Source: Candidatus Sumerlaeales bacterium
GTDB taxonomy: Bacteria; Sumerlaeota; Sumerlaeia; Sumerlaeales; Sumerlaeaceae
Direction: 5' to 3'
DNA: 45,629 nt
Assembly (NCBI GenBank): GCA_038243585.1
Contig: JBBSQY010000025.1
Span: 1-45,629 of the forward strand
Shown in pieces: positions 18,649 through 28,156 of this stretch (the stretch's first letter is position 1; each line of letters opens with the position of its first letter). The position numbers were made by a program, and so were the translations under genes. The notes under the pieces were generated by a model. It made no database searches, was not told the DNA's origin, and saw nothing but the letters and a program-made list of their open reading frames with translations.

Positions 18649-19707
18649 ATGAGCGCAACCCCCCAAACAGCTAAACCCGCCCCAAAACCGCCGGCTCTAA
18701 ACCGGCTTGGCCATGAACTGAAAACCTACAAAGCCGCCGAGAGCACCCTGTGCGCCGGTTGCGGCCACGACTCCATCACTAGCCAGCTTACTAAAGCGCT
18801 GTTCGAGATGGACGTAGAGCCGTGGAATGTGGCCAAGATGAGCGGCATTGGCTGCTCATCGAAAACCACCGCATATTTCATGGGCCAAAGTCATGGCTTC
18901 AACGCCGTTCACGGACGGATGCCCGCCGTAGCCACTGGCAGCTATCTGTCCAATCGCAGCCTCGTTCACGTCGGCGTATCCGGCGACGGCGACACCGCGT
19001 CCATCGGACTAGGACATTTTCTCCATTCTATCCGCCGCAATGTTCCTCTCACCTATATCGTCGAAAATAACGGTGTTTATGGTTTAACGAAAGGCCAGTT
19101 TTCCGCCACAGCCGACCGCGGCAGTGTCGCTAAAAAAGGCGTTGAAAACGAAATGGAGCCTATTGATTGCTGCGCAATGGCAATCGAGATGGGCTGCGGC
19201 TTTGTAGCGCGCTCTTTCTCAGGCGACATCAAGCAACTCGTTCCACTGATTAAGGCCGCCCTTGCCCACCCCGGCTTCGCCCTTATTGATGTGGTCAGCC
19301 CGTGCGTAACCTTCAACAACCACGAAGGCTCAACCAAAAGCTTCAAGTACGCCAAGCAGCACGAAGACCAACTCCACGAGGTCGGATTCGTTCCCTATTT
19401 CGAAGAAATTAAAGCCGACTACGAACCGGGCACAATGCAGGATATCGTTATGGCCGACGGCAGCCACATCACCCTTAAAAAGCTTGAACATGACTACAAC
19501 CCAAAAGATCGCGCCCAGGCTCTCACTCTCCTTCATAAAGCAAGAGAAGAGAAACTGTTCCTGACTGGCCTGATTTATCACGGCGACGGCGGACGGCCTC
19601 TGGCTGATCAACTGCACATGGTAGATAAGCCATTGGCCCACCTATCCGAGGCCGAATTAGTTCCAGGACCTGAGGCTCTTGAACAGGTAATGGCAAGCCT
19701 CAAGTAA
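18649..19707 (+). CDS. korB: 2-oxoacid:ferredoxin oxidoreductase subunit beta
   Basis: CAGCGH, SGIGCSS, HGR, GDGD TPP-binding, NNGVYGLTKGQFS, SPCVTFN motifs. Confidence 0.92.
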   Translation: MSATPQTAKPAPKPPALNRLGHELKTYKAAESTLCAGCGHDSITSQLTKALFEMDVEPWNVAKMSGIGCSSKTTAYFMGQSHGFNAVHGRMPAVATGSYLSNRSLVHVGVSGDGDTASIGLGHFLHSIRRNVPLTYIVENNGVYGLTKGQFSATADRGSVAKKGVENEMEPIDCCAMAIEMGCGFVARSFSGDIKQLVPLIKAALAHPGFALIDVVSPCVTFNNHEGSTKSFKYAKQHEDQLHEVGFVPYFEEIKADYEPGTMQDIVMADGSHITLKKLEHDYNPKDRAQALTLLHKAREEKLFLTGLIYHGDGGRPLADQLHMVDKPLAHLSEAELVPGPEALEQVMASLK

Positions 19708-19728
19708 TAGACGATACGCGCTTTACCA

Positions 19729-19755
19729 TGAAGTAGCATAGGCGGCTCGCCTGTG
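19729..19755 (+). repeat. REP-like palindrome (GTAG type), near-identical to 30654-30680
   Basis: TGAAGTAG-CATAGGCG-gct-CGCCTGTG; matches the second copy at 25 of 27 positions. Confidence 0.75.
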
Positions 19756-19798
19756 CATGGTGGCAAGTTGACAAAAAAACACGCGCCGGAGATCAGCA

Positions 19799-20455
19799 AT
19801 GAAACGTTTTTCCAAACTTTGCTTGTGCATCACTATTTTCAGCATTGCCTGCCTGTCAATCACCCACGCCCAGACCACCGCGCCGCTCCAGATCGTCGAC
19901 CGACCGCTTACCAGCACCGTCTCCCGAGACCGTCTGGCCACAGCGCCTGTCGATATGGTAATGCTTCACTTTTGCAGCGATGTCATCGAGAATCCGGATG
20001 ATCCCTTCAACGTGGACCGAATTGTTGAAATCTTTACCAGCTACACCGTATCCGCCCATTACCTGATAGGCCGCGACGGAACTGTCTTCCGCTTCGTACC
20101 GGAAACCCGCGTCGCCTATCACGCCGGGCGGGGCAGTCTGTCATGGGCGCCGGAACGCACAAACCTCCTGAACGACTACTCCATAGGCATTGAAATGCTG
20201 AACGTAGGGTCCGCAAACGACATGGCCATATTTATGAGCTCAGAAAAATATGCCGAATATGCGAAAAAGCATCCCGACTGGATCGGCTACACCGATGAGC
20301 AATACCAGGCATTAAACACCCTGTTAAGCTCTATCCAAATCCGTCATCCTGCAGTAAAGCACAATAAAAAACACATTATTGGCCACGACGAATATGCAGG
20401 CTCTCGCCGCACTGATCCCGGCGAATTATTCGACTGGAAACGCATCGGACTTTGA
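19799..20455 (+). CDS. Secreted N-acetylmuramoyl-L-alanine amidase (Amidase_2/AmpD family)
   Basis: Signal peptide; MLHF, SAHYLI, AYHAG, SIGIE, IGHDE, TDPG motifs. Confidence 0.9.
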   Translation: MKRFSKLCLCITIFSIACLSITHAQTTAPLQIVDRPLTSTVSRDRLATAPVDMVMLHFCSDVIENPDDPFNVDRIVEIFTSYTVSAHYLIGRDGTVFRFVPETRVAYHAGRGSLSWAPERTNLLNDYSIGIEMLNVGSANDMAIFMSSEKYAEYAKKHPDWIGYTDEQYQALNTLLSSIQIRHPAVKHNKKHIIGHDEYAGSRRTDPGELFDWKRIGL

Positions 20456-20644
20456 GTAGTGCAGGAAGTCGCCATTTGCCGTTTTCGTACTTTCAGCTTT
20501 TTTTAAAGCCCGCGCATACTTTGGCCTCTCGCAGGCTAGACATCGAACAAGGCTGAGACCCAGATCTGATATCCCGCCAAAGGCCTGAGGCGCGTCCGAT
20601 CCAGGGAACTGCCTCTACATAAAAGAGGATGCACTTCCGTTATT

Positions 20645-21790
20645 ATGACTGTTCCATTTCAAAACATTAAAGCGACTCATGAAAATTTCGTCCGGGATTT
20701 TCTCCACGATCTTCAAAAGCTTTTTCAGGCGGAATCCCCAGATTTTATTGGATCAAATTCCCCCGCCGTTATTGATTTCGAAGAGGCCGTTGCTAAACAT
20801 CTGGGAGTAAAACACGCCATCGGAGTAGGCTCCGGCACTGATGCCCTTCTGCTCGCCCTCGACGCCCTTGGCGTTGGCGCTGGCCATGAGGTCATCCTTC
20901 CAGCCTACGGCTTTATCGCCACCGCAGACGTCGTGGTTCGTCTCAAGGCAAAACCCGTTTTTGTAGACATAGACCCCGCAAACTTTAACATCGATCCAAC
21001 CCTCCTCGAAGCCGCAATTACCCCGAACACAAAAGCCATCATTCCGGTCGACCTATTCGGCCAGACCGCAGACATGGGGGCCATCATGGCCATTGCCGAC
21101 AAGCACGGCATTCCTGTCATCGAAGATGTGGCCCAGGCCATGGGTGCGGAATGGGAAGGCAAAAAGCTGGGATCCATCGGCACCTTTGGCGCCTTCAGCT
21201 TTTACCCGACCAAAAACCTGGGCGGCTGTGGCGACGGCGGCATGATCTCCACAAACGACGACAAACTTGCCGATAAAATCCGCCTCTATCGCGATCACGG
21301 TCGCGGTCCTGACGGGTTCGAAATCGTCGGCTACAACAGCAGACTGGACCCTATCCAGGCCCGTTATCTCAAGTACAAACTGGACGAGCTCGACGACAGC
21401 ATCTTCGACCGCATTGACAACGCCCGCCTGTACAACAAGCTGTTCGCGGAAAGCGATCTGACAACGCCGACCATATCTGAAGACGACACAAATCTGACCC
21501 ACACCTTTAATCTCTACACCGTCCGCGTCCGCGACCGAGATCGCCTGCGGCGCTATCTCTCGGAAAAAGGTATTGGCAGCGCCGTCTATTACGACACCGT
21601 CATGCCCTTGACTCCGGCTCTTTCGTTCCTTGGCCACAAAGCAGGAGAATTCCCAAAATCAGAGGAAGCTGCCCGCAGCGTCATAAGCCTCCCCGTATGG
21701 CCAGGCCTGAAGCGCCGTCAGATCGAAACCGTTGCCGAAGAGGTCAATAATTTTCTCGAAAACAACGTTTCCTTGACCGCGCGCCGCTAA
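20645..21790 (+). CDS. DegT/DnrJ/EryC1/StrS family PLP aminotransferase
   Basis: SGTDAL, IEDVAQA, SFYPTKNLG (PLP lysine), GYNSRLD motifs. Confidence 0.93.
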   Translation: MTVPFQNIKATHENFVRDFLHDLQKLFQAESPDFIGSNSPAVIDFEEAVAKHLGVKHAIGVGSGTDALLLALDALGVGAGHEVILPAYGFIATADVVVRLKAKPVFVDIDPANFNIDPTLLEAAITPNTKAIIPVDLFGQTADMGAIMAIADKHGIPVIEDVAQAMGAEWEGKKLGSIGTFGAFSFYPTKNLGGCGDGGMISTNDDKLADKIRLYRDHGRGPDGFEIVGYNSRLDPIQARYLKYKLDELDDSIFDRIDNARLYNKLFAESDLTTPTISEDDTNLTHTFNLYTVRVRDRDRLRRYLSEKGIGSAVYYDTVMPLTPALSFLGHKAGEFPKSEEAARSVISLPVWPGLKRRQIETVAEEVNNFLENNVSLTARR

Positions 21791-21846
21791 CCAACAACTC
21801 ATTGCGGACATGGCATTCCGCGGAACAGTAATAAACAGACAAGGAC

Positions 21847-21880
21847 GGGCGGGAGAGCTGCAATGCGCTCCCGCCCCTTT
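21847..21880 (+). terminator. Probable terminator hairpin after the aminotransferase gene
   Basis: GGGCGGGAG (21847-21855) pairs with CTCCCGCCC (21868-21876); short T tail. Confidence 0.55.
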
Positions 21881-22170
21881 AGCTTGTTGGTCTGGCTACT
21901 AAGGTCGAAGACAATGCACACGCGGAGTAGGCACCGCCATAAAGCCAATTTCTACTAATGGCAGGCTTTTATAGACTTATTGCCCGTCCTCGCTTACTCT
22001 GCGTTTTTTCGTCCAGTCCTCCTTGCTTTGCCCTTAAAATTTTGTTAACTTACTATTACCTTTTGTTTAATCCCATAGTTTCTATTGCCCATTGTAAAAC
22101 CAGTCGGCATTGTTACATCTTTAAAACGTGGTAAACGCCGAAATCCGAGCCCAGGAAACGCAAAGTTCGT

Positions 22171-23490
22171 ATGGAATTAGAAGGTAGATTTACAAGCGCG
22201 GAGAGTCTCGCGGAAGTCATGAGCAAGCTGGGAACCGGAACTATGACCGGAACCCTGAAACTGCGCTGCGGTACGAACAGCACAAATTTCGACTTCTACC
22301 GAGGCAACATCAGCGGTTCTGAAAATCCTCACCGCCCCCGCCGCCTTGGCCAGCTCTTGCTTAGCCGCAACCTCATTGATCGTGTCGCCTTGGAAGAAGC
22401 CCTGGCCTATCAAGCTGATTTTTCACCCGGCACACCCATAGGCCGCGTGCTCCTACACAGGAAACGACTGACCGCCGAAGCGCTCCACGACGCCGTACGC
22501 CTTCAGTTGGAAGAAGAGATAGCAGACATCCTTTCCCATGGCGAAGGCTTCTACCAGTTCACCCTCATTCCGCTTACCGACGACGACCCTCCTCTGGTGG
22601 AACTAAACGCGCAGGCAGTCGTACAAGATGTACTTAGCCGCAGAAGTGAATGGGAACGGATTCGTGTCAGAATACCCAACGAGCAGGCCGTGCCGTCCGT
22701 ACTGAAACTGGACGGATCATCCGACCGCGAAGCCCTGCACCTGAGTAACCGCGACTGGCAAATCCTCTCCCTCGTAAACGGCTACTACGATGTCGGCTGC
22801 ATTGCATCCAGAAGCGGCCTCGGGCGCTTTGAAACCTACAAAATCCTGGACTCCTTTTTATCCACAGGACTCATCGAATTTAAGCCAGGAAGAGAGCCCG
22901 CGCCAGAAACCCCATCTGAAGAAAAGTTAGACATCTCAAAAGGTTACGGGCATTCTCAATCCCAAAAGACCGGCGCCTCATCCACTCGGTGGAGCGGCAT
23001 CCTGGCGCGTCTCCGCGACGACTCTGAACAATCTGACATACCCGACTCCAGCCGCCTCCAATTTGATTCCCCCGTCGGTTTCATGGTTGAGATCAGCAAT
23101 CAGATTACTCGCCGCCTGATGAGTAATCAAGATTTTATCGTCGACCCATCAGATGAACGCCTGGCCGAGCGATACTGGCGACAGGTCCTCATGTCCCACC
23201 CCCGCGCCGATCTAGTATCGGCCCACATGAACACCTTGAGTTCCGAAAGCTTCGACCGCTATACCGTAACTCTTGGTATCGAAGGCGTGACCAAAACTAT
23301 CTACCTCGAGACTATTGACGCACTGGGCCGTCATCTGCGCACGCTTTACCTGTTAAGTGCCCAAAGACTTGGTTCCAAAGTTGCCAGATTATTGATTGCC
23401 ACGGTGATGGAAGAAACAAAACATCGCTCCATCATTAAAAACGCCGACAGCTTCTTTTTCAAAGAAATCGCCACCAAGGTCTTGGAATAA
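22171..23490 (+). CDS. DUF4388 (PatA-N-like) domain protein
   Basis: MELEG start, TGTLKL, RRLGQLL, IGRVLL, EGFYQF pattern, followed by a winged-helix-like segment. Confidence 0.75.
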   Translation: MELEGRFTSAESLAEVMSKLGTGTMTGTLKLRCGTNSTNFDFYRGNISGSENPHRPRRLGQLLLSRNLIDRVALEEALAYQADFSPGTPIGRVLLHRKRLTAEALHDAVRLQLEEEIADILSHGEGFYQFTLIPLTDDDPPLVELNAQAVVQDVLSRRSEWERIRVRIPNEQAVPSVLKLDGSSDREALHLSNRDWQILSLVNGYYDVGCIASRSGLGRFETYKILDSFLSTGLIEFKPGREPAPETPSEEKLDISKGYGHSQSQKTGASSTRWSGILARLRDDSEQSDIPDSSRLQFDSPVGFMVEISNQITRRLMSNQDFIVDPSDERLAERYWRQVLMSHPRADLVSAHMNTLSSESFDRYTVTLGIEGVTKTIYLETIDALGRHLRTLYLLSAQRLGSKVARLLIATVMEETKHRSIIKNADSFFFKEIATKVLE

Positions 23491-23514
23491 TGAACAACGC
23501 AGGCAAGGAGTGCC

Positions 23515-24735
23515 GTGAAAAATAAAAACATACTGGTCGTTGATGACAGCGCCGCCGTACAGGAAATGTGTCGCCAGGTGTTATCTGAGGGCGGATACAA
23601 TGTCGCCGTCGCGTCCAACGGTGTCGCAGCCCTCACATACCCTGATCTCGACAAGATTGACATGTTGATCATGGATACCCACCTGCGCGACGTGAGCGGA
23701 ATCGACACAACCCGCCAGTTTAAAACCGACGGTGAGCTCTGCGAGAAAGCCGTGCTGCTTCTGATCCCGGAAGAAAAAACCCGCGATAACGAAAGTATTG
23801 AGCTTATGGGCGCAAACTCATGGCTCGCCAAACCGTTTGATCCCGCCACCCTGCTAAACAAAGTAAACAACATCCTCGAAGAACAGGAAACCATCCGCCT
23901 TTCCCGCGACCATCTGCGCCGCGCCGCCGAGCGCACCATCACCCGCATGGCCGATGAACACATTCAAAAGGCTGTAGAAGAAAAAACCCAGATCATGGTG
24001 GAGCGGGCGTTGCAAATGGTGGTCAGCCAGGTTGACATGAAGGCCCGCCGCGAAGTGGAGTTAAAAGTTTCCAACCTTACCACTGAGAAGGAACAGGAGC
24101 TGGTGCGCGCCACTGTTCAGGAAGTCGCCCGTAGCACCATCGAAAAAATGGCTGAAAAACGCGTATCAGAGTCTATGGAGCGCATACTCAGTTCTGAAAC
24201 CGAAAAAGCCGTTCGCCGTAGCGCAGACGAATTTTTTCCAAGCCTCATCCGCGAACGCATAAACGAGAACATCGAACAAATGCTGCCGAAAGAAGTGACC
24301 CGACGGGTACAAAAAGAAGCAGAAACTCTCGTACCCGAAGTCTCTGAGCAGGTCATCAAGATTATTCGGACCGCTGCGGACAAACTGATTCCGAAACTCG
24401 CCCGAGAGATAGTAAAAGAACAGGCGGATAACTATATCGCCTCAGAACTGGACAAGCAGCTTCCCCGCCTCGTCCAAACCATGGTAGCCAAAGAAATAGA
24501 GGCTACGGTAAACCAGAAAATGGAACCATACCTGCGCGATCAGGCAACCAAACTTCGCAAAAGAATCACCCTGTTTATGGTCCTGTTCCTCCTGCTCGTC
24601 GGGGTTCTTGCTGCGCTGCTGACCGCTGACTACCTCTTTGGTCCCTTCATCCAAAGACCCGCCACGGCTCAGATGGCGGCGCCCCCGACTCACAACAAGC
24701 AAATCCGACCACACCCGAGCCCACAGCTCCCGTAA
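23515..24735 (+). CDS. Response-regulator receiver domain with long helical region and C-terminal TM anchor
   Basis: ILVVDD, LIMD, AKPF receiver motifs; charged helical repeats; ITLFMVLFLLLVGVLAALL TM; RBS AAGGAG. Confidence 0.85.
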   Translation: MKNKNILVVDDSAAVQEMCRQVLSEGGYNVAVASNGVAALTYPDLDKIDMLIMDTHLRDVSGIDTTRQFKTDGELCEKAVLLLIPEEKTRDNESIELMGANSWLAKPFDPATLLNKVNNILEEQETIRLSRDHLRRAAERTITRMADEHIQKAVEEKTQIMVERALQMVVSQVDMKARREVELKVSNLTTEKEQELVRATVQEVARSTIEKMAEKRVSESMERILSSETEKAVRRSADEFFPSLIRERINENIEQMLPKEVTRRVQKEAETLVPEVSEQVIKIIRTAADKLIPKLAREIVKEQADNYIASELDKQLPRLVQTMVAKEIEATVNQKMEPYLRDQATKLRKRITLFMVLFLLLVGVLAALLTADYLFGPFIQRPATAQMAAPPTHNKQIRPHPSPQLP

Positions 24736-24818
24736 CAGGGCTTCTGAACAGCGTCCGGGATCGCCTTTCCAGGTAACTCTATTTAACTTTTTGTATTCTT
24801 CGTGTCTCGCGTCACAAA

Positions 24819-26210
24819 TCACCGAGAATTAATATCCTCCGCCAGTGGCAGGGTCACCACCGCCACCGTTCCTCTGGCGCGTCCGCTTTCCAGCTTCAGT
24901 TCACCACCCAGGTTCTCCGCAATGCCCCGGCTGATCGCCAAACCCAGTCCCGTGCCCGTTGGTTTAGTTGTATAGAAAGGCTCAAACGCCCGTCCCAGTT
25001 CTTTCGAAGACATCCCCGCTCCGCTATCCTCGATCCGCAGTTCCACGATACGGCGTCTCTCCCGCAGCGTTACCTCCACCGTGCCGACACCGCCCCCCAG
25101 CGCCTCGCCCGCGTTTAACAACAAGTTTAATAAAAGCTGACGAATTGCGCGCGGTTCCCCAGACACGTGCAAATGCTCCGGCGGCAAGTCCGTCGAAAAC
25201 GTAGTCTCCGGCAGTGCGCTTTTCCTCACCAGTTGAACCACCTTTTCCACCTCGTCATTCAGATCAATCACCTGCCCGCCGCTGGCTTCCGGCGAATGCG
25301 ACAACGACAGGAAATGCGTGACAAGCTCACTCAACCGCTGCGTTTCAGCGACAATATCCTGAGAATTTTCGGAGGACCGATTTGCCGCAGGCTGATCTGC
25401 CTCGATCTCTTCCGCAAGCGCCCTAATGATCGCCAGCGGGTTACGCAGCTCATGGGCCATACCCCCCGCCAGCGCCCCCATGGCTTCGACTCGCGCCTTC
25501 TGCAGCGCCCCACGCTCCAGCCGCGCCATATAATGGAACAGCCGGTAAAGCCAGAATCCCAGCAGCGCCAGGAACACAGAACTAAGCACCCATAATCGCA
25601 GGACCTGCCTCCGCACCTGTCTCAAACTCTCCAGGTAATCGGCGCTGACACTGCCCATTACGACGCCAATTGTGCTCCCCTCGTCATCCACAAGCGCCTG
25701 GTAATCCCGCTGAAAATGTTCCCCTTCCCACGCATACAGCGGCGTTGTGGCTGGCCTGCCCTGTAGGGCCGATCGCAGATACTGGGAATCAATAGCGAAA
25801 GGCAGAGGCTCCCCCGTTAAGAATCGAAAATTACTGTCCGCCACCACGTGTCCCGACGTTGTCAGCAGAAGGATCTGTGCCAGTCCGCTTCCGCTCTTCA
25901 ATCCCGCCACCCTCTGCGCCAGGGCCTCGTACTCAATCGAATCCGGAAAAGCGTCCAATTGATAGGCCTGCTCCTCCGCAGAAGCTCCCGATAAATTATA
26001 TAAAATATCCGGAAAAACAGGAAAGGAAAGGCTCCCCGCGGCGACCCGTGTTACCGAGCTGACTCGCCGGTTAAGATCTTCCTCTTTCGACGCCTCCAGC
26101 AGCTTCATCATCCGCCAGTTCGACCCGTTAAAAATTACCAAAACAGCGACGATAAACGTAAGGGCAGCCAACGGCGGAATCCGCCGCGCCCGAGCTAACG
26201 GAGCCTTCAA
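24819..26210 (-). CDS. Membrane sensor histidine kinase
   Basis: Two TM helices, AHELRNPL H-box, NLLLNA, DSGAG, PFYTTK, GTGLGL; TTG start uncertain. Confidence 0.92.
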   Translation of the reverse strand: MKAPLARARRIPPLAALTFIVAVLVIFNGSNWRMMKLLEASKEEDLNRRVSSVTRVAAGSLSFPVFPDILYNLSGASAEEQAYQLDAFPDSIEYEALAQRVAGLKSGSGLAQILLLTTSGHVVADSNFRFLTGEPLPFAIDSQYLRSALQGRPATTPLYAWEGEHFQRDYQALVDDEGSTIGVVMGSVSADYLESLRQVRRQVLRLWVLSSVFLALLGFWLYRLFHYMARLERGALQKARVEAMGALAGGMAHELRNPLAIIRALAEEIEADQPAANRSSENSQDIVAETQRLSELVTHFLSLSHSPEASGGQVIDLNDEVEKVVQLVRKSALPETTFSTDLPPEHLHVSGEPRAIRQLLLNLLLNAGEALGGGVGTVEVTLRERRRIVELRIEDSGAGMSSKELGRAFEPFYTTKPTGTGLGLAISRGIAENLGGELKLESGRARGTVAVVTLPLAEDINSR

Positions 26211-26272
26211 GCCCAGCTCTGGCAGCGAAATAGCCGGACCGGCTGCTTCTTTATGTTAAATCACCTTACCCA

Positions 26273-26524
26273 TTAAATGCGCGTCTTAAATCCCAACGCC
26301 CGCAGGGCACACCAGCCCAGCGCGCCCTCCGTTAGTACAAAAATCCCAACCAGCATCATTGCTCCCTGCACAAGCCTCCACCAAACCCCGTTCCCCGGAA
26401 GAGCCACCATGAACAGGATAAATCCCAGAAAGAACAAACACATCCCCCCAATAAAACGGACAACCTGCCCCTTTTGATTAATATTACAAGCTGGCACTGG
26501 CGCCGCCCCTGTCAAATACCACAC
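26273..26524 (-). CDS. Small membrane protein, DUF2892/YgaP-like
   Basis: 'NI...R' start, two TM helices, 'GWC..RALG..T' C-terminus; true start may lie further downstream. Confidence 0.6.
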   Translation of the reverse strand: MWYLTGAAPVPACNINQKGQVVRFIGGMCLFFLGFILFMVALPGNGVWWRLVQGAMMLVGIFVLTEGALGWCALRALGFKTRI

Positions 26525-26572
26525 TGATTCGTTCCATGCGTCCTGACCTTTTTTTCAATATAATGCTATGCA

Positions 26573-27397
26573 TCAGTACCCCTTCGACCACAGTCCCAAC
26601 CGCTTGATTTTTGCAGATTCCAGCGCCGTCTCCAGGTCGGAATAATTAACACCTGTGGTAAAATCCTCCACCTTCAGCGTGCCATAACCCAATTCCAGCA
26701 TACGCCGGTTCAGCTCTGTGCCATCCACAAGAATCAGAGTCCCCAGCAGCCGCCCCGTGCTGTCCCGCAACGGATCATCCAACACCACATATACTTCTTT
26801 GCCCTGCGTCAGATTGCGCAGAGCCTGCATTGCCTCCCGGGCATAGAGCCGCGAAATCTCATCCGAGCCCGTAACCGAGGGAATCGTCACCCCGCGTAGC
26901 CGCAATTCCTCCCCCGTCGACAACAGCATAATTCCACGATCAAGCACGTCAGAAATATTAACTCCCACCGGGCGATAAACCACCTGACCGGTCTCGCCCA
27001 CCGCTGCATTTTCGACTATGGACTTTCGTTCTGTTGCCGTCGCTCCGCTGGGATTATTTTGCCGGCCGGCCTCTACCGCCATCTGAACGATCTTCCCATA
27101 CTCCACGTCCGAATACTTCTCCACCGTCCCCGTCACCGGCGGCAGCGCTGGCGTCGCCACCGGCGTTCGGTAGTTCAGATAAGGGCTAAGTTGATAAGGA
27201 GAAACCCTCCCGTAACCGGCTTGACCGGAAGCGCCATAATTACCATAACCAGGCGTCCCCTGATTGCCGAAGTACGGCGTATTCACTCGTGACCGGCCAC
27301 CGCTTTGAGGAGCGTTATAACTGGTGCGCTGTGCCTCGGCCGTTGGAGCCATCAGCGCATAGGCAAACGCGATTACAAATATCTGTCGATTTCGCAT
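26573..27397 (-). CDS. Secreted thermonuclease (SNase)-fold protein with degenerate active site
   Basis: Signal peptide, Gly/Tyr/Pro-rich linker, LRLRGV, RDSTGRLLG, LNRRMLELGYG, AKIKRLGLWS. Confidence 0.75.
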   Translation of the reverse strand: MRNRQIFVIAFAYALMAPTAEAQRTSYNAPQSGGRSRVNTPYFGNQGTPGYGNYGASGQAGYGRVSPYQLSPYLNYRTPVATPALPPVTGTVEKYSDVEYGKIVQMAVEAGRQNNPSGATATERKSIVENAAVGETGQVVYRPVGVNISDVLDRGIMLLSTGEELRLRGVTIPSVTGSDEISRLYAREAMQALRNLTQGKEVYVVLDDPLRDSTGRLLGTLILVDGTELNRRMLELGYGTLKVEDFTTGVNYSDLETALESAKIKRLGLWSKGY

Positions 27398-27613
27398 GAG
27401 CGGTTTATCTCTTCCGTTGTCGATCTGCAGTAAGGTAACAGGATCCAGCCACTTCTGCTTCGGATTGCGCAACAGAAAATCCGCAATTCGTAATCCTGAC
27501 GGCTCCCGGAATTCGTTATGAGGTTGCTTAGAGTGCCCAGGATTGGGGACTCGATGAATTATCTTCTGTGAAAAACATCAACTCATTTCAAAGTCGACTA
27601 AGCACCAAGCGAG

Positions 27614-28066
27614 TTAGATGGACGACAATCTGCCCCGGCCATGGTTCATCATCTCTTCCCTCGTTGCCGGTGTCAGAGCCAGTACGACTCCCGCCGTCAT
27701 GCAGGACAAGACGGCCACCTCGTAAAACAACCACTGCAATCCCCAAAAATCCCAGGCAGGCTCAGCGAAATACAGCGTCAACACCACAGCAGACCATAAT
27801 ATCCTAGCAACACACAACGCCAGAAAAACCAGCCACGCCCGTCGCAGTTTACCATATACCTGCGCCGCCACCAACAAATAGATTGGCCACCAGAAATCCC
27901 ACATTACCGGGATATCCGCTAGCGGACGCCCAGCCATCCGCTCCGATATGTAATAAAGCATCGGGCCTACAAACTTAACCGCCACCATTAAAAAAGCCAG
28001 CACTACCAGCCCTATGGCGATGATAGACGTGGAACTCCCCCGATTTTGTCGATCCAGTAAAGACAT
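27614..28066 (-). CDS. Hypothetical membrane protein (about 4 TM)
   Basis: 150-aa hydrophobic ORF with RBS AAGGGGG. Confidence 0.65.
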   Translation of the reverse strand: MSLLDRQNRGSSTSIIAIGLVVLAFLMVAVKFVGPMLYYISERMAGRPLADIPVMWDFWWPIYLLVAAQVYGKLRRAWLVFLALCVARILWSAVVLTLYFAEPAWDFWGLQWLFYEVAVLSCMTAGVVLALTPATREEMMNHGRGRLSSI

Positions 28067-28156
28067 TATGCCCCCTTAGACGCCGACAAAGGGGCCATTG
28101 GTTCCCCAACCATTCAAGATAATAGGAATCCCCAAAAGATCGTTGAAAAATACGGG

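Noticed and set aside
26234..26261. TTATGTTAAAT at 26251-26261, identical to the E. coli XerD arm, as a possible dif site
   Set aside because: The position of the XerC arm (CCGGACCGGCT) has no resemblance to the consensus, and there is no skew change here
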